Virus record (IMG/VR): IMGVR_UViG_3300032241_002336
Span: 17,656 to 81,655 of that record
Direction: 5' to 3' (one strand)
Source: a virus
DNA: 64,000 nucleotides
Shown here in pieces: positions 48,990 to 60,800 of the stretch; position 1 is the first letter of the stretch; every line of letters starts with the position of its first letter. A program made the position numbers and the translations under genes. The notes under the pieces were generated by a model. That model did no database searches. It had not been told where the DNA came from and worked only from the letters and a program-made list of their open reading frames with translations.

Positions 48990-49469
48990 TTAAAGCTCTA
49001 TATCGCCATAGCTAAATGTATATTTTTTTTGGCTTAGAGTATCCTTAATTTCGGATATAATATTGGGAATGAGTTCCTTAATATCAACTTGATATCTTAC
49101 TTGTGGCGGAAAAAAATTTCCTGAAAACGTGCTTTGGGCTACGACTTCTTTGTCAATTTTAATTTCAAAATCAAAAATATCTTCTTTTTCAAAAATATCT
49201 TTATACGGCTCTTCTTTTGGCGGATTATATGGATTATAAAATTTCCATAAATAATCAATTGCTCTCTTTTTAAAATGATCTGTAATCATTCCCATACTTC
49301 CAAAAGAGTTATTATTTAACCCAACAATTCTATCCATTAATTCTTTTAATTCTAATGAATAAATTGATTCTTCATTAAAATCCTTGATACTAAAGTATCT
49401 TTGGCAAATAATGTGATTGTTAATGTAAAACAAAAATTCAAATCTCTGTTCTTCAATTTTTTTAATCAT
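48990..49469 (-). CDS. Hypothetical protein
   Basis: 159-aa ORF inside the replication cluster. Confidence 0.7.
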   Translation of the reverse strand: MIKKIEEQRFEFLFYINNHIICQRYFSIKDFNEESIYSLELKELMDRIVGLNNNSFGSMGMITDHFKKRAIDYLWKFYNPYNPPKEEPYKDIFEKEDIFDFEIKIDKEVVAQSTFSGNFFPPQVRYQVDIKELIPNIISEIKDTLSQKKYTFSYGDIEL

Positions 49470-49488
49470 AATTAGTTTTTTTATTTTT

Positions 49489-50532
49489 CTATCTTATTTC
49501 CCTCTGTATTAATTTTTTAAAGGGCATTAAATATTGAGCATATCTCTCCGTGCCAATAGTTTTATCTAAGCCATCTCTTTTCATCATGAATAAAACATTT
49601 TTAATACTATTATCATTAAAATTAAATTCAGCTTCTTTTAATTTATTAAAAGAATCAATGGCATCATCTGTCATCATTGGATTTTTTAAATTAACCAATG
49701 CTGAATTTATTTCATAAAATTTTTCCCCCTGTACACCATCGGTTATTCCACTGATAATATTATTTAAGGCTTTTAACGGTTTTTGTTTATTTTCAATTCT
49801 TTTTTCTTGAAGTTCTTTAGCTTTTTTAATTATTTCATCAAGAGTTACTTTTTTTTCCCTTATTTCAGGGAATAAATTTAATAATGTAGTTTCTTTTATT
49901 CCCTTTATACCCCTTATACTATCGCTATAATCACCAATAATAGTCTTAATTAAAGCAGCATTAGATTGATCATGAGAAAAGTATGTGGAATAATTATTAT
50001 TATCGACATAATCTTTTAAATCACAAAAGTAAATTTTTACATCCTGAGATATTAATTGACACATGTCTCTATCATTGGTGCATATAGTTATTTTCTCATT
50101 TTCTTCATGATTTAAACAATAATATGCAATAAAATCATCGCTTTCAACTAAATCATGTCTTAATTGCTTAATACCTAATTCATTAAGATATTCCCATATT
50201 TTTTCCTTTTGACTTTTTTCAGATTCATCCTGTGGTTGAGTACCATTGATATAATCCTTACCTCTTCCGCTTTTATATGGTGAATATATTTCGTATCTCA
50301 ACTTACCACTAAACAATCCGTCCCAAAAAACAAAAACTCTATGATATAAATTTTCATTTAATAATTTACGAAGAATAGTAATAAATTGATAAAGACCGCC
50401 TACATGTTCTCCATGATGATTATATTCATTCTTAGCACCAAAAAAGCCTACCTTAAATAAAGCATTTCCATCTACTAAAAGTGTATTTATAATTTGTACA
50501 CGTTCACCATTTTTAGGCGGTCTTCTATTCAA
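49489..50532 (-). CDS. 5'-3' exonuclease/flap endonuclease (PolA N-terminal/T4 RNase H-like)
   Basis: LLVDGN, FWDG, YKSGR, ESDD, TNDRDMCQL, GDYSDSIRGIKGI. Confidence 0.92.
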   Translation of the reverse strand: MNRRPPKNGERVQIINTLLVDGNALFKVGFFGAKNEYNHHGEHVGGLYQFITILRKLLNENLYHRVFVFWDGLFSGKLRYEIYSPYKSGRGKDYINGTQPQDESEKSQKEKIWEYLNELGIKQLRHDLVESDDFIAYYCLNHEENEKITICTNDRDMCQLISQDVKIYFCDLKDYVDNNNYSTYFSHDQSNAALIKTIIGDYSDSIRGIKGIKETTLLNLFPEIREKKVTLDEIIKKAKELQEKRIENKQKPLKALNNIISGITDGVQGEKFYEINSALVNLKNPMMTDDAIDSFNKLKEAEFNFNDNSIKNVLFMMKRDGLDKTIGTERYAQYLMPFKKLIQREIR

Positions 50533-50558
50533 AACAAAAGAATTATACTGTTAAAAAA

Positions 50559-51692
50559 TTAAATTGAAATATCGTTAGGGGTTAGTTTTTCAACTACTTC
50601 AGTTGTGACATTAATATCATCATCCATGCTAATATTAGCATCGTCATAAGTTGCTGTCAACTGTTCTATAATAAATTTTTTGTGTGTTTTTTTATACTCA
50701 TCAATTTTATCAGGATTCCAATAACCATGTGAAGTAGATAATATTTTACCCATTTGTTCGATGCCAGTTACTTGGTTCTTTTCACATTTAACATCGGCCT
50801 CGACACCAAATTGATATTTATATTTAATTCCTTGATGAGTAATCTCAGCATTCTTTTTCTTTGTTCCATGTGTAAGTATGCCACCAAAGTGTATAATGAG
50901 CCTAGCCCCAAAGAAAAACGCCTCACCGCCTTTATGCTTAACAACAAAATTCATATTATCGAACCAAATTTTTTGTACAGCAAAGAATGTATTTGTATAT
51001 GGACAGTCCTCTCTCTGTGTATCTGGTATTCTAAAATTAAGAATAGATTTAAAAGATCTCTCCAATGCACCAGCATTCCATTGTGCGTTCTTACTTTTAG
51101 ATACAACTGACTTAAAACAGTCCAATGAACCAATAGAATCCCAGAAAAAAGCAACACTTCTGGGTAATTTACCAGATTCTTGGTCATCCATAATTTCATC
51201 CATAAAACGAGCAATATCTTCAATTACTGGTTGATTTCTGACAGGTTCGGCTTTTTCTTGAGCATCATCATAATGCCAATTACTATATAAATCAACAAGC
51301 ATTCTATTGCTTACGAATATAAAATCACCATCATAACTAATTTCACCCGTTTCTTTATCAACAACTTCATTAAATTGTACACCAACATTTCTTGCGTGAT
51401 CCCATTGAAAATTATTTTCTGTATCAAATATTATAGGAAAATCACCAATTTTTTGTGCGCCAGCAATTGCTTCATAAATACCAGTAGATTTACCAGTATT
51501 TGAATATCCTCTAGCTAGACTTGTAAATCCACGTGGAATGCCAGGTATCCTAAGCGCATCTTGAAATGCTTCAGACAATGGAATCCAACTTAATTCTTTA
51601 TTTTTTATTTTTCTTGTTAATCCTTTTGATTCTTTATATGATTGTGCATCAAATGATTTCTTTTCTATATTTTTTGCAGGTTTTTTAGCCAT
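50559..51692 (-). CDS. recA: RecA/UvsX-like recombinase
   Basis: GIPRG, Walker A GYSNTGKST, FDTE, Walker B FWDSIG, KGGEA, EKN. Confidence 0.85.
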   Translation of the reverse strand: MAKKPAKNIEKKSFDAQSYKESKGLTRKIKNKELSWIPLSEAFQDALRIPGIPRGFTSLARGYSNTGKSTGIYEAIAGAQKIGDFPIIFDTENNFQWDHARNVGVQFNEVVDKETGEISYDGDFIFVSNRMLVDLYSNWHYDDAQEKAEPVRNQPVIEDIARFMDEIMDDQESGKLPRSVAFFWDSIGSLDCFKSVVSKSKNAQWNAGALERSFKSILNFRIPDTQREDCPYTNTFFAVQKIWFDNMNFVVKHKGGEAFFFGARLIIHFGGILTHGTKKKNAEITHQGIKYKYQFGVEADVKCEKNQVTGIEQMGKILSTSHGYWNPDKIDEYKKTHKKFIIEQLTATYDDANISMDDDINVTTEVVEKLTPNDISI

Positions 51693-51708
51693 AACTTATA
51701 ATTTAGAG

Positions 51709-51742
51709 AAAAAAATTGGGCAGTATGATACCACCCAATTTT
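51709..51742 (-). terminator. Intrinsic terminator or attenuating hairpin after the SSB gene
   Basis: AAAATTGGGTGGTA…TACTGCCCAATTTT plus a T run on the minus strand. Confidence 0.65.
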
Positions 51743-51758
51743 ATTTATTTTAGTAATT

Positions 51759-52658
51759 TTAGAACGGTAAATCAGAATCCTCTTCATCATTATCATCCTG
51801 TGCAACAACTGGTAATGCAGCTTTAGTCGAAGTTTTAATATTTGATTTTACATTAGGAGTACCGAATGTAATTTCTTCTTTACTATCATTGTTCTCATTT
51901 TCCTTTAAAGAAACTTTATCAACAAATTTCTTCTCATTTTTATCCCAAGCTGGAACACCGCCTTTAACAATAATCTCAAGATATTCATATGGTTTAACAC
52001 TATAGACATCTTTCCATGTTCTTTCATCTGCCAACCATTGATTAGCCAACTCTTTATCATCACTCAATGGAGTTGGATCCATATGAGTAATTGTCTGTAC
52101 AGCTGGTCTACCATTTTGATCTCTAGCTAAAAGAACCAACAAATCACGGCCTGTTTCTGGATCTGTAATGTCTTTACGCACAGCCTGTAATACACCATAA
52201 ATTTTATCCAATACTCCTTGTTTGCGATAATCGTGATTAAACCTCCAGAATTTAACACCATGGTCTTCGTTATCCCTATCGATAACCTTTACAACATACA
52301 TTTTTCTTGGGCTGTATTTTTTTGCCAATTCTTTTTGTGCTTCTTTACCAGTAGCACGTAAAGCATCGTATGCTTCACAAAATGGACAGTCTTCTTGCAT
52401 TTCATGTTTCAAGCATGTAAATGTTTTCCATTCACCCTCAACTTGAACTTTGTGCCCATAGACTTGTTTAAATGGGGTACTTTCATCATTTGTAGGGAGA
52501 ATGCGAATTCTTTTTGTCGAATTTTTTTCCTTATCAGATAAGTGAGTAGTAAAATAATTTTTTAAATCATACTCTTTAGCTGAATTGTTTTTACTGAAAG
52601 AGTTTGAACTATTTTCATACTGTTCCAGCATTGCACTAAGTGCGTCTTTTTTACTCAT
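51759..52658 (-). CDS. Single-stranded DNA-binding protein, T4 gp32-like
   Basis: IRILP, H..C..CPFCE zinc motif, DITDPETGRD, acidic tail ending DLPF. Confidence 0.85.
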   Translation of the reverse strand: MSKKDALSAMLEQYENSSNSFSKNNSAKEYDLKNYFTTHLSDKEKNSTKRIRILPTNDESTPFKQVYGHKVQVEGEWKTFTCLKHEMQEDCPFCEAYDALRATGKEAQKELAKKYSPRKMYVVKVIDRDNEDHGVKFWRFNHDYRKQGVLDKIYGVLQAVRKDITDPETGRDLLVLLARDQNGRPAVQTITHMDPTPLSDDKELANQWLADERTWKDVYSVKPYEYLEIIVKGGVPAWDKNEKKFVDKVSLKENENNDSKEEITFGTPNVKSNIKTSTKAALPVVAQDDNDEEDSDLPF

Positions 52659-52772
52659 AAAATTTGTAATTTAATATGTATATGTTATTGTTTACTTCTT
52701 TAATTATATAGTATAATATAATAAAAATTCATAAAAAGTCAAATTTAGATTGACCATATTTTCTAATACTAT

Positions 52773-52803
52773 CAAATATACAAATGAAAAATTGAAAATG
52801 CAA
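52773..52803 (-). promoter_or_regulatory. Bacteroidota-type -33/-7 promoter
   Basis: TTG-N20-TATATTTG upstream of the SSB/RecA/helicase cluster. Confidence 0.7.
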
Positions 52804-52822
52804 GTAGGTTTTAAGATAAATT

Positions 52823-52852
52823 AAAAAGGGAGCAAATTTGCTCCCTTTTTTT
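52823..52852. terminator. Bidirectional intrinsic terminator
   Basis: Perfect palindrome AAAAAGGGAGCAAATTTGCTCCCTTTTT right after the stop of 52851..53621. Confidence 0.8.
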
Positions 52853-53621
52853 AATAAACATCTTCTTCGTCATAATCCTCTGGACTGTCTAATGATTTCT
52901 TAATTGAAACATCTGTGAAACCAGAATCTATATCATCCTTTGTTAAAACAAATTCTTTCGGTTCTTTTTCACCCTTAGTATCATAACCATCAACATCTTT
53001 CCAATAATCATTTATTTTTATATTGAACGGAAACGAATCTAACGATCTCATTTCCAATCTTTCTACTGGAGTAGGATTTCTTTTAATAATTTCTTTTTCT
53101 AATTTTTCTATTTTATTAGTTAAAGAATCCATTTTTGAAATTCTTTTTTCAAGTTCATCAAATTTGGACAATAGTTCACTTGTTTTTTGGTTAGCATCTG
53201 AAGCGGCTCTTGTAGCTTCTTCACTTCCCTTAACTAATTGTGTTACATCAACTTCAACGTCTTCATTACCAGTTTCTGGCATCTCTTCAGCCCCTTGGTT
53301 CATATCCACATTTGCACCTGTATCTGCTGAATCATCATTTACGTCAAATAAATTGTCATCATCATTTTCAGGTGTTTCTGGAGAATTATCAACATTTGTC
53401 TCTGGGGGAGTATCCGCATTTATTTCTGGAGCGTTATCGGCATCTGGTGTGGCTTCTGGTTCTTCATCAGCTTCTTCAAGTCCGTTTCCTCCTGAACCCA
53501 AAATCAAATTATCTTCTTTTTCTTTATCATTATTTTCTCCTGTATAGAAAGAATATTCAGATAATAATTTAAATTTTTTTAGTTCTTCTTGTAAAAGAGC
53601 TGGATTTAATTTTTTTGCCAT
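52851..53621 (-). CDS. Acidic coiled-coil protein (possible head-assembly/internal protein)
   Basis: LLQEE/LLSE/LEEA sites, D/E/P-rich linker, coiled coil, conserved-looking RSLDSFPFN. Confidence 0.55.
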   Translation of the reverse strand: MAKKLNPALLQEELKKFKLLSEYSFYTGENNDKEKEDNLILGSGGNGLEEADEEPEATPDADNAPEINADTPPETNVDNSPETPENDDDNLFDVNDDSADTGANVDMNQGAEEMPETGNEDVEVDVTQLVKGSEEATRAASDANQKTSELLSKFDELEKRISKMDSLTNKIEKLEKEIIKRNPTPVERLEMRSLDSFPFNIKINDYWKDVDGYDTKGEKEPKEFVLTKDDIDSGFTDVSIKKSLDSPEDYDEEDVY

Positions 53622-53622
53622 A

Positions 53623-53817
53623 TTAGATTAATAGTTGTCTACCGTCTTCAATTATTATTTTTTTATTGATTCTTTCTTGGATGCTTTTATCTCCTTTAAT
53701 AATGCAGACCCCTGATGAGCAATCCATTTCTGGATTTTCTTCATTAATTTTAGGTTTTTCATCCAAAAAACTTTCAAGAGCTTTTTTGTAATCTTTATCA
53801 GATTGTTTAATATTCAT
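53623..53817 (-). CDS. Small hypothetical protein
   Basis: 64 aa with CSSGVC; TATTTATA upstream. Confidence 0.55.
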   Translation of the reverse strand: MNIKQSDKDYKKALESFLDEKPKINEENPEMDCSSGVCIIKGDKSIQERINKKIIIEDGRQLLI

Positions 53818-53860
53818 AACATTAAATTTTAAGTGTGTTACTTATAAATATCTCATTTTT

Positions 53861-54262
53861 TTAAAAAATACGCTTGATATTCATAAGTTTTAGTTCTTTA
53901 TTATCAATAAGAATAAGTTTATTTTGATATTCGTCCCAATTAATTCTATGTGATTTATAATCAATATTACCAATTGTATCGCCTAAATTTTCTTCTATTA
54001 ATTTATTTAAAGCGTTTATGGTATATAATGCATTACCCTTTTTATGAATAATAATAGCATTTGGAAATAGATTTTTTAGATCTAAATGCTTATTTTCTGA
54101 TAAGATTATCTTAAATGTTACTATAATTTTAGATTCGTCATCCAAATTTTTATAACAAAATACTTTGTTTCTTGATATATTGAATTTTGTCTCCAGATAA
54201 GTCATGAACCAATCAAGTCTTTCGGGAAATAAAAATGATGCTAATAATATTGTTTTATCCAT
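53861..54262 (-). CDS. Hypothetical protein
   Basis: 133-aa ORF (IHKKGNALYTINALN). Confidence 0.65.
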   Translation of the reverse strand: MDKTILLASFLFPERLDWFMTYLETKFNISRNKVFCYKNLDDESKIIVTFKIILSENKHLDLKNLFPNAIIIHKKGNALYTINALNKLIEENLGDTIGNIDYKSHRINWDEYQNKLILIDNKELKLMNIKRIF

Positions 54263-54866
54263 TTTTTATAGTGTATAAGTAGGGTATGTATTTAACTTGA
54301 TTATCAAGAAAATCGATACCTTTTTTGTACTCTATAAATATGTTATTTTGTTCTAAAAAGACTTTAGTATTTTTACTAATTCTATCTAAAATTTTATTTT
54401 TATTAAATCCAATGTATTCGAGCAAATTTAAATCTATTCCATATATAACATTATCCATGTATATATAGGCCATATCAATGTTTTTTATTAATTGTTGGTG
54501 TCTATATGTTATAGATTTGTTATTATAAAATATATATAAAAATTTTTTAACATTTGATTTTTTTAAAGAAATGAAATCTAAGAAATAATATTTGACATTT
54601 TTAATTAAATTTTTGTAGACATTTAGCGAAAAGTTGTAAATATCCTCATCATGTAATTCTCTATTTTCTGTCTTTTTGAAGGTCCAGAATAAATTATTAT
54701 CTAATTTTCTATCTATTATGCTATAATTTGGGTAATTATTCTTAATATATTCCCAGCCAATGATTAATGTGGGTAATCCTTGGATAATATCATCCAAGGA
54801 TTTTACCACATTAAAATCGTCAGAAACGTTCTCTTTGGTGTTTGAAACAATATTGGCTATCTTCAT
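54255..54866 (-). CDS. Hypothetical protein
   Basis: ORF track start is 54911; the ATG at 54866 (MKIANIV) is preferred because a TATATTTG element lies at 54873-54880. Confidence 0.6.
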   Translation of the reverse strand: MKIANIVSNTKENVSDDFNVVKSLDDIIQGLPTLIIGWEYIKNNYPNYSIIDRKLDNNLFWTFKKTENRELHDEDIYNFSLNVYKNLIKNVKYYFLDFISLKKSNVKKFLYIFYNNKSITYRHQQLIKNIDMAYIYMDNVIYGIDLNLLEYIGFNKNKILDRISKNTKVFLEQNNIFIEYKKGIDFLDNQVKYIPYLYTIKNG

Positions 54867-54888
54867 TATAGACAAATATACAAAAAAA

Positions 54889-57800
54889 TTATGTAATATT
54901 TGATATATCAAGTAAAGTTGTTGTATCTGTTATGTTCACATTACCTATATGAATAAAATAATTAATAATTGCATTAGTATAAGATGTTGGATCTCCTGTT
55001 TGATATACTGAAGCATATTGAAATAATGTAGTTAGTGGACTATAGTGTCTTGATGTTCCGTTAAGAGCTGGTTCTATAATTTGAACATACTGCGCCCTAA
55101 TACCATCGTCTAATGTAGGAAATATTTGAGTACTATTTGGATCAATACCTGGTGCCGTATTACCTACATTACCAGGGTTATTAGTTTTATATGCTTTACT
55201 AGTAGGATAGAATCCTTCTATTTTTGTTTGTGCTTGAAATAAAAGACTAATGCCTTTGGTTATAGCTGATGATCCATTTGGTAAACTAGGGTTTTTAGAA
55301 TTTATCACCCTATTTAAAGCTGGGATATATTCTTCTTGTATATATTTAGGTATTGTTATTTTATAGTTTACTAAACCACCATAAACACCACGACCCACTG
55401 CTGTTTCACTGGCAATTATTGAAAATTTTCTACCCTTATAATAATATTGATATGTTTTTTTCATTATTAATAAATAAAGCCCAGTATTAGTGTCATCTGT
55501 AATAGTTCCGTCACTATTTAATGTTAATAAAGTTGATTTTACAGTACCTTCTGAATCATCGGGAGCGTTAGTACCAGTATTTAAAGTATTTATAGCACTT
55601 GTTTCTGGAACCATTCCTCTATTACCTCCAATTAAACTAGCCACATTATTTTCAATTTTCCAAACAATATTACCATGTGATGCTGTATATTCACCCTTTC
55701 TAGGCATAATCATTATGTCACCAATTTCCACTTTTATAGTTAACCCAGCCTTTAATGGAAATAATTCATAACCATTATTACTATCCAAGGCTGCCGTTGC
55801 ATAACTATAATGACTAGATGCTGCTGGAAAATTATTATCACCAAAGGTCATAATATAAGATACAAATACTGCGCTCCAAGGTTTATTATATGTAACCTGA
55901 CTAAAATTATAAACACCTTGTTTATTATTATATTGATTAATATATTTTATACCTGTTGGTGAATTTTCTTGAAGTGTTCCGCCACCCCAGTTATCTAATT
56001 CAATCTTAGCGTGATCGCTAATTTTAGTTGGATCGAAGCCTGGTGTAATAATAGCTTGAGCTGGTTTATTTGCTGACGGAGTAATTACTGATGTAATAAA
56101 GTTTGTAGCATTAGTAGTTAGAGGTGGTGGTGCTGTTGGTGGAACATTTTCAAGGCTAAATGGTCCGTTGGTTGATGGTCTTTGTATTATTTTATTAACT
56201 GGTAAATTTTGTTTTAATACATCTTGATATTTAAATACATAATTTGTATAATTTGAATTAATGCCAGATGTACCAGCTTTTGGTAATTGATATCCATCTA
56301 AAAGGGATGTGTATAGGCTTGCAGCGTCAATTAATGGTGTAGCTGTTTTTTTAATCCTTACGCCAGTAAAAACAGTAGACATATTATTTGGAACAATATG
56401 ATGTTTTACACCAATTATTAAATAAGCACCACGAAATAGCGGTATATTATTTAATTGAAAATACATCATTGGCTGAATCATAGCATTGCCCATCATTGTT
56501 ACTTCCGCTTTATAGCTTCTAGCAGAATATACATTATATAAATTTTGACCTACATAACTTTGACTTGTTTGAGAATATGTATTTGCTATAGCATCTGTAA
56601 TTTTTAAAGACTCATTAGTTTCTGTAAATTCAGACTGATCTAACACTATATCTTTAAAAATATTTTGATTTTGTTGACCATAGTTAACAAGAAAAGCAGC
56701 TGTTGGTGTTTCCCAATCTTTTATTGGTGATACTAAATCACTTGGAATTGTTGATTTATCGTTTAAATTAATCCCATCATTTGGATAATCAGAATTTGGC
56801 CCTAGATCTAATTTTGTAGATGTCTGACCAACATACATACAAACAAAAGATGGACCAGATACTGGTAACGTTTTTGCTTGATAATATGGATACGGTGTGA
56901 AAATATTTTGAACATCGTCATTATTTGTATAATCAATGTATGTTGGCAACGGAACAAATAACATATTATTATCTGTTAATAATCTACCAAATAAATCATA
57001 AAAACTACTATCACTACTATCGGCTAATATTTTAGAAAATTGTACAGGATTAATTGGTAAAGTATCTCCTATGTCAACAAATGCTCTATTTATAAATCTA
57101 AAGCTATCTATTAAATTTAAACTACTACCATTGCCACCAAGATGTATATTCATTTGAGTATCGCCATCTAATCTTGTAGGATTATCCCCAATAGAACCTT
57201 TTGTACAACATTGAAATGTACTTTTTGTTGGGCTATCGGTATTTGCTATCCATTTATCATATATTTTTTTTAATGTTCTATAAATTTCAAATTTTATTTC
57301 TATTAAATTTTTATTATTAAAATATTGTTTATCATTTTCATCTTTAGCCCCTTTAATTTCCGCAGTAAAAGTGCTTATATATGTATTAAGATCAGTTGAA
57401 GAAATACTAACTGGTAAATTACACGGTACTATATAATTATCAAATTCAGCGTCAAAAAATTGATTTGCTGCCCATAATCTCCAAGAACAATTAGCAATAT
57501 ATTTATAATTAAAAAAAAGATTTTTTAAAGTATTATCTATGTTTCCATTTTGTTTATATTCAATTACATAATTATTTGGTACATCCTGAAAATAAGAAAA
57601 AACAACATAATCAGATACGTTTAAAGATAAAAATTCTACTATGTTATTTATATTATTCATACCATTTTTTGTGGTAGCACTTATTGAATTATATGCTTTT
57701 ATCCAATTAGCATCATTTGATATTGTTTGACTTGTTAATTGATTCGTAGTTAAAATATTCTCTGGTGAAAATAAATTACTACTATTAGACGGTACAAAAC

Positions 57801-60800
57801 TAAGAAGACCATTATTAGTATTATTAGTAGTTGATGTTTGATTAATTACAGATATTTCAAAAATTTTTTTTAATTCTGGAAAACCATTAGAATTATTAAA
57901 ATTATTAGTGCCATTTACAAAACTTAAAAATTCATTCAAGAATGTTTGTTTTACTGGACTTGGTAAATTTATAATAATGTTTTCAATATTAGCATTTCCG
58001 CCATAACCATATCCAAAACGCATTGAATATGGCATACTAGCCTCTTTATTACCAGTAAATAAACAATATTGATATGTAGTAGGTATATTATATTTTTTAC
58101 TATCCGTATAAGACCAATAGTGTATATCATTATAATTTTTAATTGTATTATTATTATTTAGAATTATGTCACTAGGATTTTGAACTATATTATTAGGATA
58201 AATTAAACTAGAATTCGAACTGTCTGTAAATAAAATTGGATCTTTACCTAAAATATTGTATATATAATCCTCAAATGTTAATAATGATGTAAAAGAACTA
58301 TTATTTGTTTTTAACCCACCTTTTTCGTATCTCCATATTAACGCTCCAATAAATGCAGGTAGTAATAATGGAACTTGAATAAATCCACTTCTATATTGAA
58401 ATATATTCAAAATACTTGATAGATTAAACATACCTCTATTAACATCGGCAATTTCCTCACCTATCAATCCATTCCAAGGGAAACAATGTAAAAAAAGATA
58501 TGCTTTAGCTTCATTTGATGTTTGAGCATTATAAAATCTGGAACCAAATAAATTTTGAAAATTATAATTTTCAGCATTTTTTGTTTCCCAAGAAAATCCA
58601 AAAAATGGAAAACTTATATCTGAATTATTCTGATTTTGTCTATTATTAATAAAAAAAGGTAAATTCTGTCCATTATTATTTTGATTTTTAAATAAATCAG
58701 TAATACTAAATTTTTTTGAATGTTCTTTATTTCTAACATAAAAAACATTAAAATTATTTATACTATTATCAGCGTTATAAATATCCCAATAACCTAATAC
58801 AGTATTAGTTCTACCACTTGTTAAATTTAATGCGTTTGGATTATTTGAATTATAATAAAAAAGACTATATAACGGTTCTATATCATTTAACCCTAAGCCA
58901 TTAGCCCCATCATAATTAATTGAACTAAATTCCTGTATACCATATTTTCCATTTATAGTATTAAATCCATAATTTTGAATTATTTTAGGATCTATTACAG
59001 ATTTATATTCTATAATAGCAACATCAGCATAGTCACTAGTAGTCGTAACCTTTTTTTCAACTATTGCATTTTTTAATAAATTTATATAATTAATTGCATT
59101 AGTAGTCTGTGAATAAGTACTTGGTGATGTTATTTTAGTATTTTCATAAAGATTTTTTTCTACAACATATATATATGATGCATTATCTGTATAGGCAGTC
59201 AAATCTGGAGAATCACACACCCTACTACTTAATAAATAAGTAGACGGTTCTGTATTAATTGTTGAATTTTTTGAGTTTGGTGAATAAATCGCAGAAGTAC
59301 CAAAAAAGTTTTTATCTGTTGGCAACAACCATCTTTCTGGTATGCCTTCATTTAAATAATTATATGTACATGGATTATTATTTATAAAAATAGTTGTATC
59401 TTTACCATTAATATTAGCAATAGTACCGCTATAATCAGTAATAGTTTTATAATTATTATATAATCCATTAATAATATTAAAATTATTACCAAATTTAGTA
59501 ATAACATTTCGTGCTTCTGCTGTAGCAAAAGCTTTTATTTCATCATCACTCAAATAATTATTTGAAAACCCTAAAAAACCAAATGCTCTCATCATAACAT
59601 AAGCTGCTAAGTCTTTAGGTCCTGTTGATGATGGCAATCTTTCGTATGGGCTTGTTGTTTGATACAAGTATGAATCAATTGGATTCATAGAATTCCAAGC
59701 AGATGGTCCGTTTACACTATTATTAATATCCTGTAAAATTTTATTTCCAATTAACATTCCATCATATAATTGATCTACTAATTGTATTTCTGGAACTTGT
59801 TCTGGATTTGTAAGAATTCCTGATTTTCCTAAATATTCTTCTTCATCATTTATATTATGATATTCTGGAAATGGAAAAATAATATTTTTATTTATATTTT
59901 TTTTATTAATATCAATATTAACCTCACCATTAACATTTTGAAATTTTGAAAATTGTGCAAGTCTTGTTGAATCTTTCCAATGTGTTGCCGTTTCATAAAT
60001 CAATTGTAAAAATATTTCAATTGCTGTTGTAAAAATATTTGTAATATTTCTAATATTAGGGTCAAATTTTAATACTGTTTTTATTTTTTGATATAAATCT
60101 TGACCAATTTGTTTTTCAAGAATTTGTTGTTGTGATGTTATACTGGTTAATTGATTATTTAATGCTGTTAACACATCTGTAACATCTATAAACATTAATT
60201 GACTATTACCGCTACTTATATTTTTAATAGAAATATTGAATCTAGTAACTATACTATTAATCTGTGATATATCACTTATACCATAACGTTGATAGGCCTT
60301 TTGTATATTTGTTTGTACATTATTGGCTATTGGTTGTTTTAAATCATTAGTTGAGAATTGAGTAATAATAGCTCCTAAGTTATTAATTAAATTAAGATTT
60401 TGATTTTGAGTTATACCATTATATATAGAAAGTTCTTGTTGAAATGTTGTATTAAAATCTCCTACACTTTTATTTACATCATTCATTACATTAGCGATAT
60501 TACCTATAGCAACAATGTCATTATTTGAGGTGTCTGATGCAAGATTTGCACTAAAGTTATTTTTTAAATTTTGTATGAATTTATTTACATCATTAATTAA
60601 ATTATTTAAACTAGTTTCAGCCTGTTGATAAGAACTTAATGTAGTTGCGTTTTGATTACTATTAGTAAGTTGGTCTTTAATAGCCTGATCTATTAATGGT
60701 ATTGCTTGTAAAAATTGATTTATTGATAAAATATTAGGACTACCACTTTTTTTTGAAGAATTAATATTTTTTAATATATCTATTCCTCGTGGTGTTTCTT

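Noticed and set aside
76-53572. Short antisense or alternate-frame ORFs in the track (e.g. 76..393, 197..517, 41880..42401, 53023..53547)
   Set aside because: They lie within well-supported genes on the other strand or frame and show no motifs; treated as shadow ORFs
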